A stretch of 64,000 bases of DNA, taken from NCBI GenBank assembly GCA_963706955.1, contig CAVPOC010000008.1, positions 928,001-992,000 on the forward strand, given 5' to 3'. A program made the position numbers and the translations under genes. This document shows positions 49,362 through 59,740 of this stretch, one piece after another. The notes under the pieces are model-generated. The model ran no database searches, had not been told where the DNA came from, and saw only the letters and a list, made by a program, of their open reading frames with translations. This DNA comes from an uncultured Verrucomicrobiae bacterium (GTDB taxonomy: Bacteria; Verrucomicrobiota; Verrucomicrobiia; Chthoniobacterales; Terrimicrobiaceae). How positions within the stretch are numbered: the first letter of the stretch is position 1; the number at the start of each line of letters is the position of its first letter.

Positions 49362-51431
49362 ATGACCAAGCCGAATGACGAATATGTTGGATGGCTCGTC
49401 GAGCATTCGATGCTCAACAATGCCAAGAAACTTGCCCTGCGCTACGGTGGTCAGGGTCGGATGTGGCAGCAACCCTTCGCCGAGGCACGCCCGCGCGCCG
49501 CTTCTGCTCTCGCCTCTGTCTGGTTCACCGCCTACCCCGCTGCGATTGTCACACGCCCCGGCGAGTCGGTTCTCCGCACGCTCGCGGATCCCGCTCTCTG
49601 GACAGCCTTGTCAGCCATCGGAATCCAGGGGGTCCACAATGGGCCTATGAAGCGCTCGGGAGGCATCCGCGGTCAGGAGTACACGCCCACAATCGACGGA
49701 AACTTCGATCGGATCAGCTTTGAGATCGAGCCGTCATTTGGAACCGAGGAAGACTTTATTGCGATGGGCCGAACGGCTGCTGCCCACAACGCGGTCGTCG
49801 TCGACGACATCGTTCCCGCGCATACCGGCAAGGGCGCCGACTTTCGCCTCGCCGAAATGGGATACGGAGAATATCCGGGCATTTATCACATGGTCTCCAT
49901 CCCGGAGACCGACTGGGGGCTTCTTCCGTCCGTTCCGCCAGGGCGTGAAGCAGTCAATCTCTCTCCGGCCACGGTCGATCAGTTGAAGGAAAAAGGTTAC
50001 ATCGTGGGACAGTTGCGTCGCGTGATCTTTTTTGAACCAGGCGTGAAGGAAACGGATTGGAGCGCCACCGGTGTAATCGTTGGTGCGGACGGAGTCTCCC
50101 GGCGGTGGGTGTATCTCCATTACTTCAAGGAAGGGCAGCCGTCGCTCAACTGGCTCGATCCCACGTTTGCCGCGCCCCAACTGATCATCGGCGACGCGCT
50201 TCACTCGGTCGATGTCCTCGGTGCTCGAATGCTGCGGCTTGACGCCAATGGATTTCTTGGCGTCGAGCGCAGGGCCGAAGGCCCGGCGTGGTCGGAAGGC
50301 CATCCACTCTCGGTAGTCGGCAACCAGTTGATTGCAGGAATGGTGCGCAAAGCCGGCGGTTTCAGCTTTCAGGAACTCAACCTCACCGTCGATGACATCG
50401 CGGCGATGTCCCATGGTGGAGCCGACCTCTCCTACGACTTCATCACCCGCCCTGCTTACCATCATGCGCTCATGACCGGCGACACCGAGTTCCTCCGCCT
50501 GATGCTAAAAACGATGCGCGACTACAACATCGACCCCGCTTCGCTCATCCACGCGCTTCAAAACCACGACGAACTCACGCTCGAGTTGGTCCATTTCTGG
50601 ACCCTTCACGCTAAAGACACCTACACGTTTGGCGGGAAGAGCTGGACGGGCGAGACGCTCCGCGAGCACTTGCGCGCAACCATGTACGAACGACTGACCG
50701 GCAGCAACGCTCCATACAACTTGCGCTTTGTCACGAATGGCGTGGCTTGCACTACGGCCACTGTGATCGCCGCGGCGCTCAATATCCGCGACCTGCAGAA
50801 TCTGACTGAAGAACAGAAGCGGCAAATCCAACGCGTTCATCTGCTCCTCGTCATGTACAACGCCTTTCAACCCGGCGTCTTCGCGCTGTCCGGCTGGGAT
50901 CTCGTCGGTGCGCTTACGCTGCCGCATGAGACCGTCGCCGCGCTCATCGCCGAAGGCGATACCCGGTGGATCGAACGGGGCGCCTACGATCTTGTCAATG
51001 CTAACCCCGGCGCTCAGACTTCCGAGGCAGGCTTGCCGAAAGCGCAGACGCTTTACGGACCGATCAACGACCAACTCAAGCGCCCCGACTCGTTCGCCAG
51101 CCAACTGCAGAAGATGCTCGCCGTCCGCCAAACCAGCGGGCTCTACGCCAGCCACCAGATCCTGGTTCCAGAGGTTACCAGTCCTGGACTGCTCGCCATG
51201 GTCCATGAACTGCCCGAGGGGAAGGGAATCCAAGTGACGGCGCTCAACTTTGGCGCAACTCCCATCGACGAGACCATCAACCTTCCCAATCTAAAACCCG
51301 GTCCAGTTGTTGACATGATCAACGAAACCAACGAGGGCGACCTCTCCGATTCGGGCGAGCTGCGCATCCAATTGCAAGGCTACGAAGGCAAGTCGCTCCG
51401 CATCGTCGGCCCAGCGCCCGCGCGCAGCTAG
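49362..51431 (+). CDS. treS: Trehalose synthase (maltose alpha-D-glucosyltransferase), Pseudomonas stutzeri-type
   Basis: [59 protein letters not shown]. Confidence 0.92.
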   Translation: MTKPNDEYVGWLVEHSMLNNAKKLALRYGGQGRMWQQPFAEARPRAASALASVWFTAYPAAIVTRPGESVLRTLADPALWTALSAIGIQGVHNGPMKRSGGIRGQEYTPTIDGNFDRISFEIEPSFGTEEDFIAMGRTAAAHNAVVVDDIVPAHTGKGADFRLAEMGYGEYPGIYHMVSIPETDWGLLPSVPPGREAVNLSPATVDQLKEKGYIVGQLRRVIFFEPGVKETDWSATGVIVGADGVSRRWVYLHYFKEGQPSLNWLDPTFAAPQLIIGDALHSVDVLGARMLRLDANGFLGVERRAEGPAWSEGHPLSVVGNQLIAGMVRKAGGFSFQELNLTVDDIAAMSHGGADLSYDFITRPAYHHALMTGDTEFLRLMLKTMRDYNIDPASLIHALQNHDELTLELVHFWTLHAKDTYTFGGKSWTGETLREHLRATMYERLTGSNAPYNLRFVTNGVACTTATVIAAALNIRDLQNLTEEQKRQIQRVHLLLVMYNAFQPGVFALSGWDLVGALTLPHETVAALIAEGDTRWIERGAYDLVNANPGAQTSEAGLPKAQTLYGPINDQLKRPDSFASQLQKMLAVRQTSGLYASHQILVPEVTSPGLLAMVHELPEGKGIQVTALNFGATPIDETINLPNLKPGPVVDMINETNEGDLSDSGELRIQLQGYEGKSLRIVGPAPARS

Positions 51432-51679
51432 GCGCTTGCGACCGCCCGAGGCGCCTTTTCCGCAATGAGCATACACTTAGATTGAGTTATTCAATCTGTG
51501 GACGATCTCCAGTTCAAGTGAGGCTGGAGACCCTCTTCCACTGCATCGAACTCTGGCTAGCACTAACTCTCGACCTACGAATGCGATCAGGCCGCTCTAG
51601 TGAGTCACGCTACTGTGTTAATCTGTGGATGCAACAGGAGCGGCTGACGTAGCGAGAACATCATCTTGGAGAAGCCCCG

Positions 51680-52282
51680 ATGACCTTGCGTGACCTTGAT
51701 CGCACCCAGAAGGTTGACGCGCTAGATGTCCTCTGCGCCGCCTTCCATGATTATCCGGTTCCGCGTTACGTGATCGACGTGACAGCTTCCGACTACGACG
51801 GCAAGCTCCGGGAACTTATCGACTTCTTCGTCGAGGGGCGCCTCACACGTAGTGTCCCCCTGATCGGACTGTATGATTCTAACGCTCTCCTTGGCGTCGC
51901 AGTCGTCAGTCCGCCGCAGGAAGCTCCTGTCCCGTCGGAACTCGAGGTTTGCCAGGCTCGGGCTGAGCGGCTGCTTGGACGGGAAGCGATGGCGCGATTT
52001 GAACGCTACGAGAAGGCGTGCGAAGCGACCGACCCAGGATACGTCGCACACTATCTTGGCATGATCGCCGTCCGGCCCGATGTGCAAGGCCGCGGCCTTG
52101 GCCGTCAGTTGATCGACGCAGTCAAAGCGAGAGCGCGCTCTGATCCGATTTCTACGGGTGTCACGCTCAACACGGAGTTGGCAAGCAACCTGCCTTTCTA
52201 CGAGAAGATGGCCTTTATCAGAGGCTCCGAAACCGACGTTGGCCCGCTTCATACCTGGTCGTTTTACTGGCCCCGGGACTAA
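51680..52282 (+). CDS. GNAT family N-acetyltransferase
   Basis: YLGMIAVRPDVQGRGLGR, NLPFYEK. Confidence 0.88.
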   Translation: MTLRDLDRTQKVDALDVLCAAFHDYPVPRYVIDVTASDYDGKLRELIDFFVEGRLTRSVPLIGLYDSNALLGVAVVSPPQEAPVPSELEVCQARAERLLGREAMARFERYEKACEATDPGYVAHYLGMIAVRPDVQGRGLGRQLIDAVKARARSDPISTGVTLNTELASNLPFYEKMAFIRGSETDVGPLHTWSFYWPRD

Positions 52283-52313
52283 GTGTTGGGTCGGAACGGC
52301 GGCGAGCCCTCTC

Positions 52314-52366
52314 GATTCACAATTTGCGCAGATTTTCAACGGATTCACAGAAATCAATCTGTGGAC
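52314..52366. repeat. Family C element (internally deleted)
   Basis: GATTCACAATTTGCGCAGATTTTCAACGGATTCACAGAAATCAATCTGTGGAC. Confidence 0.8.
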
Positions 52367-52481
52367 TTATTGAACCGCCGAAATGCAGCATCGCTGTTCT
52401 CCGGTGTCAGTAATCGAGCCAAACAATTTGACCGACGCCAGCTTGACGGGCCTCCCAGTTTCAATTCAACAATCCGATCTG

Positions 52482-53231
52482 ATGAAACTAACTAATAAGA
52501 TTGCACTCATCACTGGAGGAACCAGCGGGTTAGGTCTAGCCACCGCCAAGCGTTTTGTCGCTGAAGGCGCCTTCGTCTTCATTACCGGCCGCCGTCAGGC
52601 CGAGCTCGACGCAGCCGTCAAAGAAATTGGCGAAAATACTATCGGAGTTCGCGGCGATATTTCCAAATTGTCGGATCTCGATCATCTTTTCTCAGTCATC
52701 AAAGAGAAAAAAGGGCGCCTCGACATTCTCTTTGCCAACGCGGGAGGCGGAGCGTTCTTCCCTCTTGAGGAAGTCACTGAGGAACACTTCGACAAGTATT
52801 TTGGCATCAACGTTAAGGGAACGCTCTTTACCGTCCAAAAAGCACTGCCGCTCATGCCAGCAGGCGCCTCTATTGTGATCAACGGATCGATGGTGTCGAT
52901 CAAAGGCATTCCCGCGTTCGGCGTGTATGCCGCGACGAAGGCGGCATTGCGTTCATTCGCGAGGACGTGGGCGGTGGATTTGAAAGGGCGCAACATCCGC
53001 GTCAACGTCGTCGCTCCCGGCACCATCGTTACACCAGGATACAAGAGCGAACTTGGATTGAGCGACGAACAGATCGAAGGCTTCAAGGCCCAGGCCGCTG
53101 CCGCCGCCCCGCTTGGACGCACCGGCACTCCGGAAGAAGTGGCTGCGGCGGTGCTTTTCCTTGCCTCGGATGATGGCAGCTACGTCAACGGCGTTGAGCT
53201 TTTTGTCGATGGTGGAACCGCGCAAATCTGA
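52482..53231 (+). CDS. SDR family oxidoreductase
   Basis: [27 protein letters not shown]. Confidence 0.93.
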   Translation: MKLTNKIALITGGTSGLGLATAKRFVAEGAFVFITGRRQAELDAAVKEIGENTIGVRGDISKLSDLDHLFSVIKEKKGRLDILFANAGGGAFFPLEEVTEEHFDKYFGINVKGTLFTVQKALPLMPAGASIVINGSMVSIKGIPAFGVYAATKAALRSFARTWAVDLKGRNIRVNVVAPGTIVTPGYKSELGLSDEQIEGFKAQAAAAAPLGRTGTPEEVAAAVLFLASDDGSYVNGVELFVDGGTAQI

Positions 53232-53352
53232 CAGCAACGGCGATAACCATGCGGTCAGATCATGGCATATAAAAAAGGGGGTAATTAGAACGCCGGAGTG
53301 GCCTTGGGATAGTGATCGGCCCGACCACGCTAGTCTAAGCTTTGGAAGAAGA

Positions 53353-53387
53353 TCCAGTTGTTGACATGATCAACGAAACCAACGAGG
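53353..53387 (+). repeat. Exact 35-bp direct repeat of treS 51302-51336
   Basis: TCCAGTTGTTGACATGATCAACGAAACCAACGAGG at both positions. Confidence 0.92.
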
Positions 53388-53449
53388 TGATCTCGGACTC
53401 GAATCAAGTCACTCTGCGGCGCGGGGGGGCCGCTTCCGCGAGACCTGGT

Positions 53450-53521
53450 AATCCATTAGATTGCGCAGATTTTGGTGATTCACAGAACTTCATCTGTGGG
53501 AATCTGTGTTGATCTGTGGAC
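53450..53521. repeat. Family C element (full)
   Basis: AATCCATTAGATTGCGCAGATTTTGGTGATTCACAGAACTTCATCTGTGGGAATCTGTGTTGATCTGTGGAC. Confidence 0.85.
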
Positions 53522-53631
53522 CTATAAAATCGGGAGGAGCTGTGCCAACATGCAAGCCCTCGGCCCTTTGGCAAGTCGATCCGCGAAAGGCCAAGCCGCT
53601 AGAAGAGGAATGAGAAGCCTGTCGAAATTTC

Positions 53632-55110
53632 ATGAATGCAAAATCAAGAATCTCTGTATTGATCGTAGGAGCTGGCCCGGTGGGTCTGACCATGGCTGCG
53701 GAGCTGGCCCGTTATCAGATTCCCATTCGCATCATCGACAAATCGTCCGCCCGCACTGACAAATCGAAAGCCGTCACGTTGTGGAGCCGGAGCCTTGAAC
53801 TCCTCGATCGAGCCGGCAATGCGGAAGATTTTATTTCAGCCGGCCTGCGGCTGCATGCCTCGAATTTCGTTGCCGACGGCAAGCATCTGGCGCGGGTTGA
53901 TTTCGATGGCGTTCGTTCGCCCTACGCCTTCGCACTTTCGATTCCCCAATCCGAAACCGAACGCATCCTGGAAGAGCGCCTTTTCGCGCTCGGCATCAGA
54001 GTCGACCGCAACGTCGAATTGATAAGCTTCGCCGAGGCCGCCGAGTCGGTGAGCTGCGTCCTGCAGCATCGCGACGGCTCAGAAGAGGAGACGGAGGTTG
54101 ATTGGCTGATCGGTTGTGATGGCGCGCATTCAACGATCCGTAAGGATCTTGGTCTGGAATTTCACGGAGACACCATTCCTTATGACTTCGCTTTGGCAGA
54201 CATTCATGTCGCCGGACTGGAGGTGGCTCCAGATGAACTCGTCGTCTTTTTCCACAGCGACGGAATGGTGCTTTTCATCCCGATCAAGGGTGACCGCTAT
54301 CGCATCATCGCTGACCTTGGGCCCTCTACCGGCGGGCCCCGCGTCGATCCAACTCTAGAAGAGGTCCAGGCGATCGTTGATCGCCGTGTGGGGGGAGCGG
54401 TGAGTCTTTCCCGGCCGATCTGGCTGGCTGCGTTTGGCATCAATGAACGAAAAGTGGACACTTATCGTCGAGGCCGGGTCTTCGTCGCCGGCGATGCGGC
54501 GCATATTCACAGCCCCGCTGGTGGGCAGGGCATGAACACAGGCATGCAGGATGCCTTCAATCTCGCGTGGAAACTCGCCCTGGTCGTGCAGCAGAAGGCA
54601 AAGCCGGACATTCTCGAGAGCTACACAGACGATCGCAGTCCGGTCGCCAAGCAGGTGTTGGCCGATTCCGGCAGGCTTACGTCAATTGGGATGACAAAAA
54701 ATCCCGTTCTCCAGCAGCTGCGCAACCTGTTCGCCCACCATGTTCTTGGGTTTCCCGCAGCTCGTCACGCCATGGCTGCACGTCTCTCGGAAACATTCTT
54801 TGGCTATCCCCACAGTCCGCTAAATAGCGGTTCCGCCGCGGGGCTCAACGGCCCCGCACCGGGCGACCGCATTGTAGTTGAAAAGCCCTTTGGATCTGGC
54901 AATGCACCGCGCTTCGCCTTGATGGCCAAGGACGCGTCAGCGTCCAGTGTCATTATGGAGAAATATTCGTCGCTGGTGGAAGATTCCGTCCGCACTCCGC
55001 CCGACGAGAAGGGCATCTGGCTGGTTCGTCCCGATGGCTACGTCGCGGCGGTGGCTCATGATAGGGATTGGGAAATAATCGAGGCAGCCTTGAGGAAGAT
55101 TGCCCCCTAG
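53632..55110 (+). CDS. FAD-dependent monooxygenase (FAD_binding_3, PheA/TfdB-like)
   Basis: GAGPVG, GCDGAHS, GDAAHIHSPAGGQGMNTGMQDAFNLAWKL, LVRPDGYV. Confidence 0.92.
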   Translation: MNAKSRISVLIVGAGPVGLTMAAELARYQIPIRIIDKSSARTDKSKAVTLWSRSLELLDRAGNAEDFISAGLRLHASNFVADGKHLARVDFDGVRSPYAFALSIPQSETERILEERLFALGIRVDRNVELISFAEAAESVSCVLQHRDGSEEETEVDWLIGCDGAHSTIRKDLGLEFHGDTIPYDFALADIHVAGLEVAPDELVVFFHSDGMVLFIPIKGDRYRIIADLGPSTGGPRVDPTLEEVQAIVDRRVGGAVSLSRPIWLAAFGINERKVDTYRRGRVFVAGDAAHIHSPAGGQGMNTGMQDAFNLAWKLALVVQQKAKPDILESYTDDRSPVAKQVLADSGRLTSIGMTKNPVLQQLRNLFAHHVLGFPAARHAMAARLSETFFGYPHSPLNSGSAAGLNGPAPGDRIVVEKPFGSGNAPRFALMAKDASASSVIMEKYSSLVEDSVRTPPDEKGIWLVRPDGYVAAVAHDRDWEIIEAALRKIAP

Positions 55111-55186
55111 AAGACTTAGCTGCAGGTTGGACGTGCGGCGCAACCGAGGTCCACGGCGCAACGCCCCGTTTTTCGGGAGACCAGCT

Positions 55187-55257
55187 GATCCACAGATTGC
55201 ACAGATTTTCAACGATTCACAAAGTCCATCTGCGTAAGTCTGTGTTAATCGGTGGAC
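55187..55257. repeat. Family C element (full)
   Basis: GATCCACAGATTGCACAGATTTTCAACGATTCACAAAGTCCATCTGCGTAAGTCTGTGTTAATCGGTGGAC. Confidence 0.87.
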
Positions 55258-55275
55258 CTAAAGGCTTGCGCGAGT

Positions 55276-56436
55276 TCACAGCGGTTCGCCGCCTTCGTTG
55301 AGGATCGACAGGTAGGCATCATAGACAAAGACGCGGTTGCGGCGTTGGCCGGTCAACTCGCGGGCGATGCCCGTCTTCAGGAGCGATTGCATGGCTTTTC
55401 CAGCCGTGGGAAAGGTCATCTTGTGAGCGTCGCGCAGATGTTTCAGAGTGAGCACTGGTCGCTCGCGCAGTGCAGCGAGGACACGGAGGGCATTCGGGGC
55501 CGCACGACCTGTCTGTTGGACGCGCCGGCTGTCCGTCTCGAAGAGATCAATAAGGCGGCGTGCCGTTTGCACGGCGCCGCGGGCGGTCTCCTCAACGCCT
55601 TCGAGGAAGAAATCGACCCAAGCCTCCCAATCGCCTGCGGTGCGCACACCGTCGAGAAGATCGTAATACACCTGGCGGTGTTCTTTCAAGTAAAGGGAAA
55701 GGTAGAGTAACGGTTGGGCGAGAAGCCCGCCGTGGTGGAGCACGAGGGCGATAAGCAGCCGACCAAGACGACCATTCCCATCGAGGAACGGATGGATGGT
55801 CTCGAACTGGACATGGGCCAGCGCAGCCTTGAGGAGAATCGGTAGACCGCTTTCCTGGTGCAAGAAACTCTCCAGCGCAGCCATGCAACGCTCCACCTCT
55901 TGAGGCGGCGGAGGCACGAACCGTGCATTCCCCGGACGCGTGCCACCAAGCCAGTTCTGGGTTCGGCGAAACTCGCCCGGCAGCTTGTTACTACCCCGCC
56001 CGCGAGACATGAGAACCGCGTGCATTTCTCGAAAAAGACGATTCGAGAGCGGGAAACCCTCCCGCAGGCGGGCCATGCCACGCTCGAGTGCACCGATGTA
56101 GTTGGATACTTCAACCACATCGTCAAAGGGAGTGCCGGGAACCTCCTCGAGCTCGAAAAGGAGCAGATCAGACAAGGAAGATTGCGTGCCCTCGATCTGC
56201 GATGAGAGCACCGCCTCGCGCCGGACATACGAATAGAGGACAAGTTGGGGGTCGGGAAGGAGCGTGGTGAGGCTGTCGAGCCGCCCGACTGCCAGGGTCG
56301 CCTTCTCGAGCAGGAGTTGCCGAGCACCGGTGATCTCCAGACCCGGTACCGGCGGCAATCCAAGCGGCACAAAGGCGCGGACGTGATCCCCGGCCATGGA
56401 AGTCGTATGATAAGTGCCGGCACGATCGCGATTCAT
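55276..56436 (-). CDS. Fic family protein with C-terminal HTH
   Basis: Fic motif HPFLDGNGRLGR; N-terminal autoinhibitory SSQIEG; C-terminal ELTGQRRNRVF. Confidence 0.93.
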   Translation of the reverse strand: MNRDRAGTYHTTSMAGDHVRAFVPLGLPPVPGLEITGARQLLLEKATLAVGRLDSLTTLLPDPQLVLYSYVRREAVLSSQIEGTQSSLSDLLLFELEEVPGTPFDDVVEVSNYIGALERGMARLREGFPLSNRLFREMHAVLMSRGRGSNKLPGEFRRTQNWLGGTRPGNARFVPPPPQEVERCMAALESFLHQESGLPILLKAALAHVQFETIHPFLDGNGRLGRLLIALVLHHGGLLAQPLLYLSLYLKEHRQVYYDLLDGVRTAGDWEAWVDFFLEGVEETARGAVQTARRLIDLFETDSRRVQQTGRAAPNALRVLAALRERPVLTLKHLRDAHKMTFPTAGKAMQSLLKTGIARELTGQRRNRVFVYDAYLSILNEGGEPL

Positions 56437-56441
56437 ATCCA

Positions 56442-56495
56442 GAACTTGAATAAGTTCAGAATTTATTAAAGAAACACAACTTATTATTTAATAAG
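56442..56495 (-). promoter_or_regulatory. AT-rich fic promoter region with two palindromes
   Basis: GAACTT-GAAT-AAGTTC (56442-56457) and CTTATTA-TT-TAATAAG (56480-56495). Confidence 0.55.
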
Positions 56496-56550
56496 ATAAC
56501 GGCGCGAAAGCTTGAATTGCCGCAAGTTTAATAACACGTAGGACGGAAAC

Positions 56551-56582
56551 CCATCTGTGGAAATCCGCGTTAGTCTGTGGAT
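56551..56582. repeat. Family C element, right arm
   Basis: CCATCTGTGGAAATCCGCGTTAGTCTGTGGAT. Confidence 0.7.
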
Positions 56583-57905
56583 CTATGTCTCTTCTCGCGA
56601 AGCTTCGATGCGCGATTGCCTGCGTCCCAGCCCGGCGCCGACTCCAGCCCAAAGAAGCGCGACGGCCGCGCCGATGAGCATCGCTGTGGCCGGGAAATCT
56701 GCAAATAGATCGAGGCCGCGCTTGACCCACCCGCTGATGGCGTCGCCGCCACGGTAAACCACCGTATCGATGAAGTTCTTCGCTTTATACTTTTGTTCCG
56801 GGGGCACTGAGGTGAAGAGCATCTCCCGTCCAGGTCTTACGAGAGCGTATTCGCCCGCTCGACGGACGATCATCACGACGACCAGGACCGCGAACACCGG
56901 AGCCATTGCCAGCCAAAGGAAGCCGGCCGCCAGCACGACCGGCACGGCGGCAAGAAGGACGCCGATTCCCAGCTTTCGGGCGATATGTCCGGTAAAGAAG
57001 ATCTGCGTCAGGATGGCGAGAGCCTGCACGACGCTGTCGATCAGTCCGAACACTTGGGTTTGCCGCGTTCGATCGGGGAAAGTCTCCGCGACCAGCCGGG
57101 CCTGCTCGAAGTAAAGGAATGTGGTGATGCTGGAGAGCAGCAGCACGAATACGGCGATGCCGATGAGGTAGGGAGACTTGAAGACCTCCGTGGCACCGGC
57201 AAAAGGGTTGCCGCCAAGCGGACGATGCCGCTCGTCATCGCCAGCACTTTCCACTTCCCTCCGCACGTCGGCCACCGGATGGAGGTCGCGCCAGCGGTGC
57301 AGCCAGATCGCTGCACCGGCGCTGCCCGTCAGCAGCAATGCCGAAAAGACCAAGAGACCAGCGTGTCCGATCGGCGCGACCAACAGCGTCCCTAAAATCG
57401 GCCCAGTCAGCCCGCCGAAGCTGGCTCCGCCGGCGATCAGGGCGAAGAGGCGTTTCGCCTGTGTGGTCACGAAGATGTCGGCGGAGACGCTCCAGGCCAG
57501 CGACACTGCCAAGAGATTGAAGACAGAGATCCAGACGTAAAAGGCGCGGGCGGTCCAGAGGTTGTCCGGCTGAGCGGCGAGGACTGTGGCAAACCCAATC
57601 AGGTTCGTGACGAAAAACCCATAGGTCCATGGCAAGATCGATCGGCGAGAAACCTTCGAAGCCACCCAGCCAAAGAGCGGAAGGACAGCCACCGTCGCGA
57701 CGAAGGTGCCAGTGAACAGCCATTGCAACGTTTCGGGGCCGCTGGCCACACCCATGGTCTCGCGCACCGGACGCAGCATAAAGTAGCCGGTGAAGAGCAG
57801 GAAAAACATCAGCAGACTAGCGGCCACAGCCGGAACCTCCCCGGGTTCCACGTTGAGGAAACGGGCGAGGAGTCCCGGCGAACGACCTTTATCTTGCTGC
57901 GCCAT
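56583..57905 (-). CDS. MFS transporter, NTP/NDP exchange (TLC-like) family
   Basis: YFMLRPVRE, AKRLF..IA.G, RPGREMLFT......KYKAKNFIDTVVYRGGD. Confidence 0.85.
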   Translation of the reverse strand: MAQQDKGRSPGLLARFLNVEPGEVPAVAASLLMFFLLFTGYFMLRPVRETMGVASGPETLQWLFTGTFVATVAVLPLFGWVASKVSRRSILPWTYGFFVTNLIGFATVLAAQPDNLWTARAFYVWISVFNLLAVSLAWSVSADIFVTTQAKRLFALIAGGASFGGLTGPILGTLLVAPIGHAGLLVFSALLLTGSAGAAIWLHRWRDLHPVADVRREVESAGDDERHRPLGGNPFAGATEVFKSPYLIGIAVFVLLLSSITTFLYFEQARLVAETFPDRTRQTQVFGLIDSVVQALAILTQIFFTGHIARKLGIGVLLAAVPVVLAAGFLWLAMAPVFAVLVVVMIVRRAGEYALVRPGREMLFTSVPPEQKYKAKNFIDTVVYRGGDAISGWVKRGLDLFADFPATAMLIGAAVALLWAGVGAGLGRRQSRIEASREET

Positions 57906-58079
57906 CGTCGGTCACCTTAGCACCGGCCGCCGGTTGGGAGTTGAGAGTTTGTCTCTAAGTCGCCCAGCGACGAGTCACCATCCGCTAGTGTTCAGCAAGA
58001 GGGGATCCAAGGGCATCCGGAGTGACCCTGACAAAATGCGGGTGCGGTGGTAGAATACAATGTCGATCTCTCCCTAGAC

Positions 58080-59597
58080 ATGGCGCAGCTCGAGATATTT
58101 AAGGTGCATCCGCTTTTCGAGGACGTGCAGCTCGGCGGTATTTTTCCAGACCAAAAGACGTTTGTTGATTGCCTGCCTAAACGCCCTCTTGAAGAAATTG
58201 CGAAGGAATACCGCCTCGCCAAGACTTCGGCCGATTTTAGCCTCAGGGACTTTGTTGACGCGCACTTCGAACGACCGCCGGAATACGGGACAGACTACGT
58301 CAGCGATCGGACCAAAGAGGTTGAAGAAGATGCGGAGTCGCTTTGGACCATCCTAACCAGGCAACCTGACACCACCGCGGGATCGCTCCTCCCGCTGCCC
58401 TTTCCCTACATTGTTCCGGGCGGGCGCTTTCGCGAGATCTATTACTGGGACAGTTACTTCACCTCTCTTGGCCTGCGTGCCTCGGGCAAAGTCGATATGA
58501 TCGAAAACATGGTGAAAAACTTTTCTCACCTGATCGACACGGTCGGCAATATCCCCAACGGCAATCGCACTTACTATCTTGGCCGATCGCAACCGCCCTT
58601 CTACGCGATGATGGTGAAGCTCCTGGTGGAAGAGCGCGGCGAGGGGATTCTTCTAAAATACCTCCCTCAACTCGAACGCGAGTATCAGTTCTGGATGAAA
58701 GGCGCTGCGGACCTGACTGAGAACCGTTTGACCGCACATCATTCGGCCAGAATGCGCGATGGTGAGGTGCTCAACCGTTATTGGGACGAGAACGACACTC
58801 CCAGACCGGAGTCGTTCCAGGAGGATCTCGAGCTGTCACACCTATCAGATCAGCTCCCCGCCAACCTATTTCGCCACCTCCGCGCGGGCGCGGAATCTGG
58901 TTGGGATTTCAGCAGTCGGTGGTTCAAGGACGGGCGTTCCCTTGGCTCCATCCACACCACCGACATCGTGGCGGTCGATCTAAATTGCTTGTTGCTGAAT
59001 CTGGAGAGAACCATCGCGGAGGCCTTGCAGGTGGCCAGAAACGTTCAAGAGATCGAGCGCTTCGAAGAGCTTGCCGCGTGCAGAGAAACAGCCATCCAAA
59101 AATACTTCTGGAACGAGGAGAGGGGCTTTTACTTCGATTACGACATCGCGCGGGGACAGCAAAACAAAGCAATGACCCTCGCGGGGGTGTTTCCCTTGTT
59201 CTTCAAGGTGGCGACGGAGGAGCAGGCCAAGGCGGTCGCCGGCACCATTGAGAAAAACTTCCTCATGTCTGGCGGCGTCGTCACTACCCTGGAGACAACC
59301 GGCCAACAGTGGGATGCTCCGAATGGCTGGGCGCCGCTGCAGTGGATCACGATCGTTGGTCTAGAGAACTACGGTCACCACGAGCTCGCCGCCGAAGTTG
59401 CCAGCCGCTGGGTCAACCTGAACTCAGATGTATTCAAGCGCACTGGCAAGCTGATGGAAAAATACAACGTCGTTGACACCCACCTGGAAGCGGGTGGCGG
59501 CGAATACCCAGGCCAGGATGGATTTGGTTGGACCAACGGCGTCCTGCTCGCGTTGAAAGCTCACGGTCAAGTCGAAGCCGCTGCCTCCCGGCAGTAA
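58080..59597 (+). CDS. Alpha,alpha-trehalase (GH37, TreA/TreF-like)
   Basis: DQKTFVD, PGGRFREIYYWDSYF, PNGNRTYY..RSQPP, AESGWDFSSRW, QQWDAPNGWAPLQW, GFGWTNGV. Confidence 0.95.
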   Translation: MAQLEIFKVHPLFEDVQLGGIFPDQKTFVDCLPKRPLEEIAKEYRLAKTSADFSLRDFVDAHFERPPEYGTDYVSDRTKEVEEDAESLWTILTRQPDTTAGSLLPLPFPYIVPGGRFREIYYWDSYFTSLGLRASGKVDMIENMVKNFSHLIDTVGNIPNGNRTYYLGRSQPPFYAMMVKLLVEERGEGILLKYLPQLEREYQFWMKGAADLTENRLTAHHSARMRDGEVLNRYWDENDTPRPESFQEDLELSHLSDQLPANLFRHLRAGAESGWDFSSRWFKDGRSLGSIHTTDIVAVDLNCLLLNLERTIAEALQVARNVQEIERFEELAACRETAIQKYFWNEERGFYFDYDIARGQQNKAMTLAGVFPLFFKVATEEQAKAVAGTIEKNFLMSGGVVTTLETTGQQWDAPNGWAPLQWITIVGLENYGHHELAAEVASRWVNLNSDVFKRTGKLMEKYNVVDTHLEAGGGEYPGQDGFGWTNGVLLALKAHGQVEAAASRQ

Positions 59598-59740
59598 TCG
59601 CGAGAACGTTGAGATTCTCCGCTTGCCATCGCGCGCAGCTCGTTGCGTCTTCCTTTTCCCGGCAGAATCGCAGGTTGCCGCGCCGCTCCAGTGGGTGGCC
59701 GGCGGAATCGGCAGCGACAAGGCGATTGTCACGCAGCGCG

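Noticed and set aside
52314..55257. Family C elements as integron attC sites or CRISPR repeats
   Set aside because: No RYYYAAC/GTTRRRY boxes, no intI or cas genes, and spacing is gene-sized rather than 30-40 bp.
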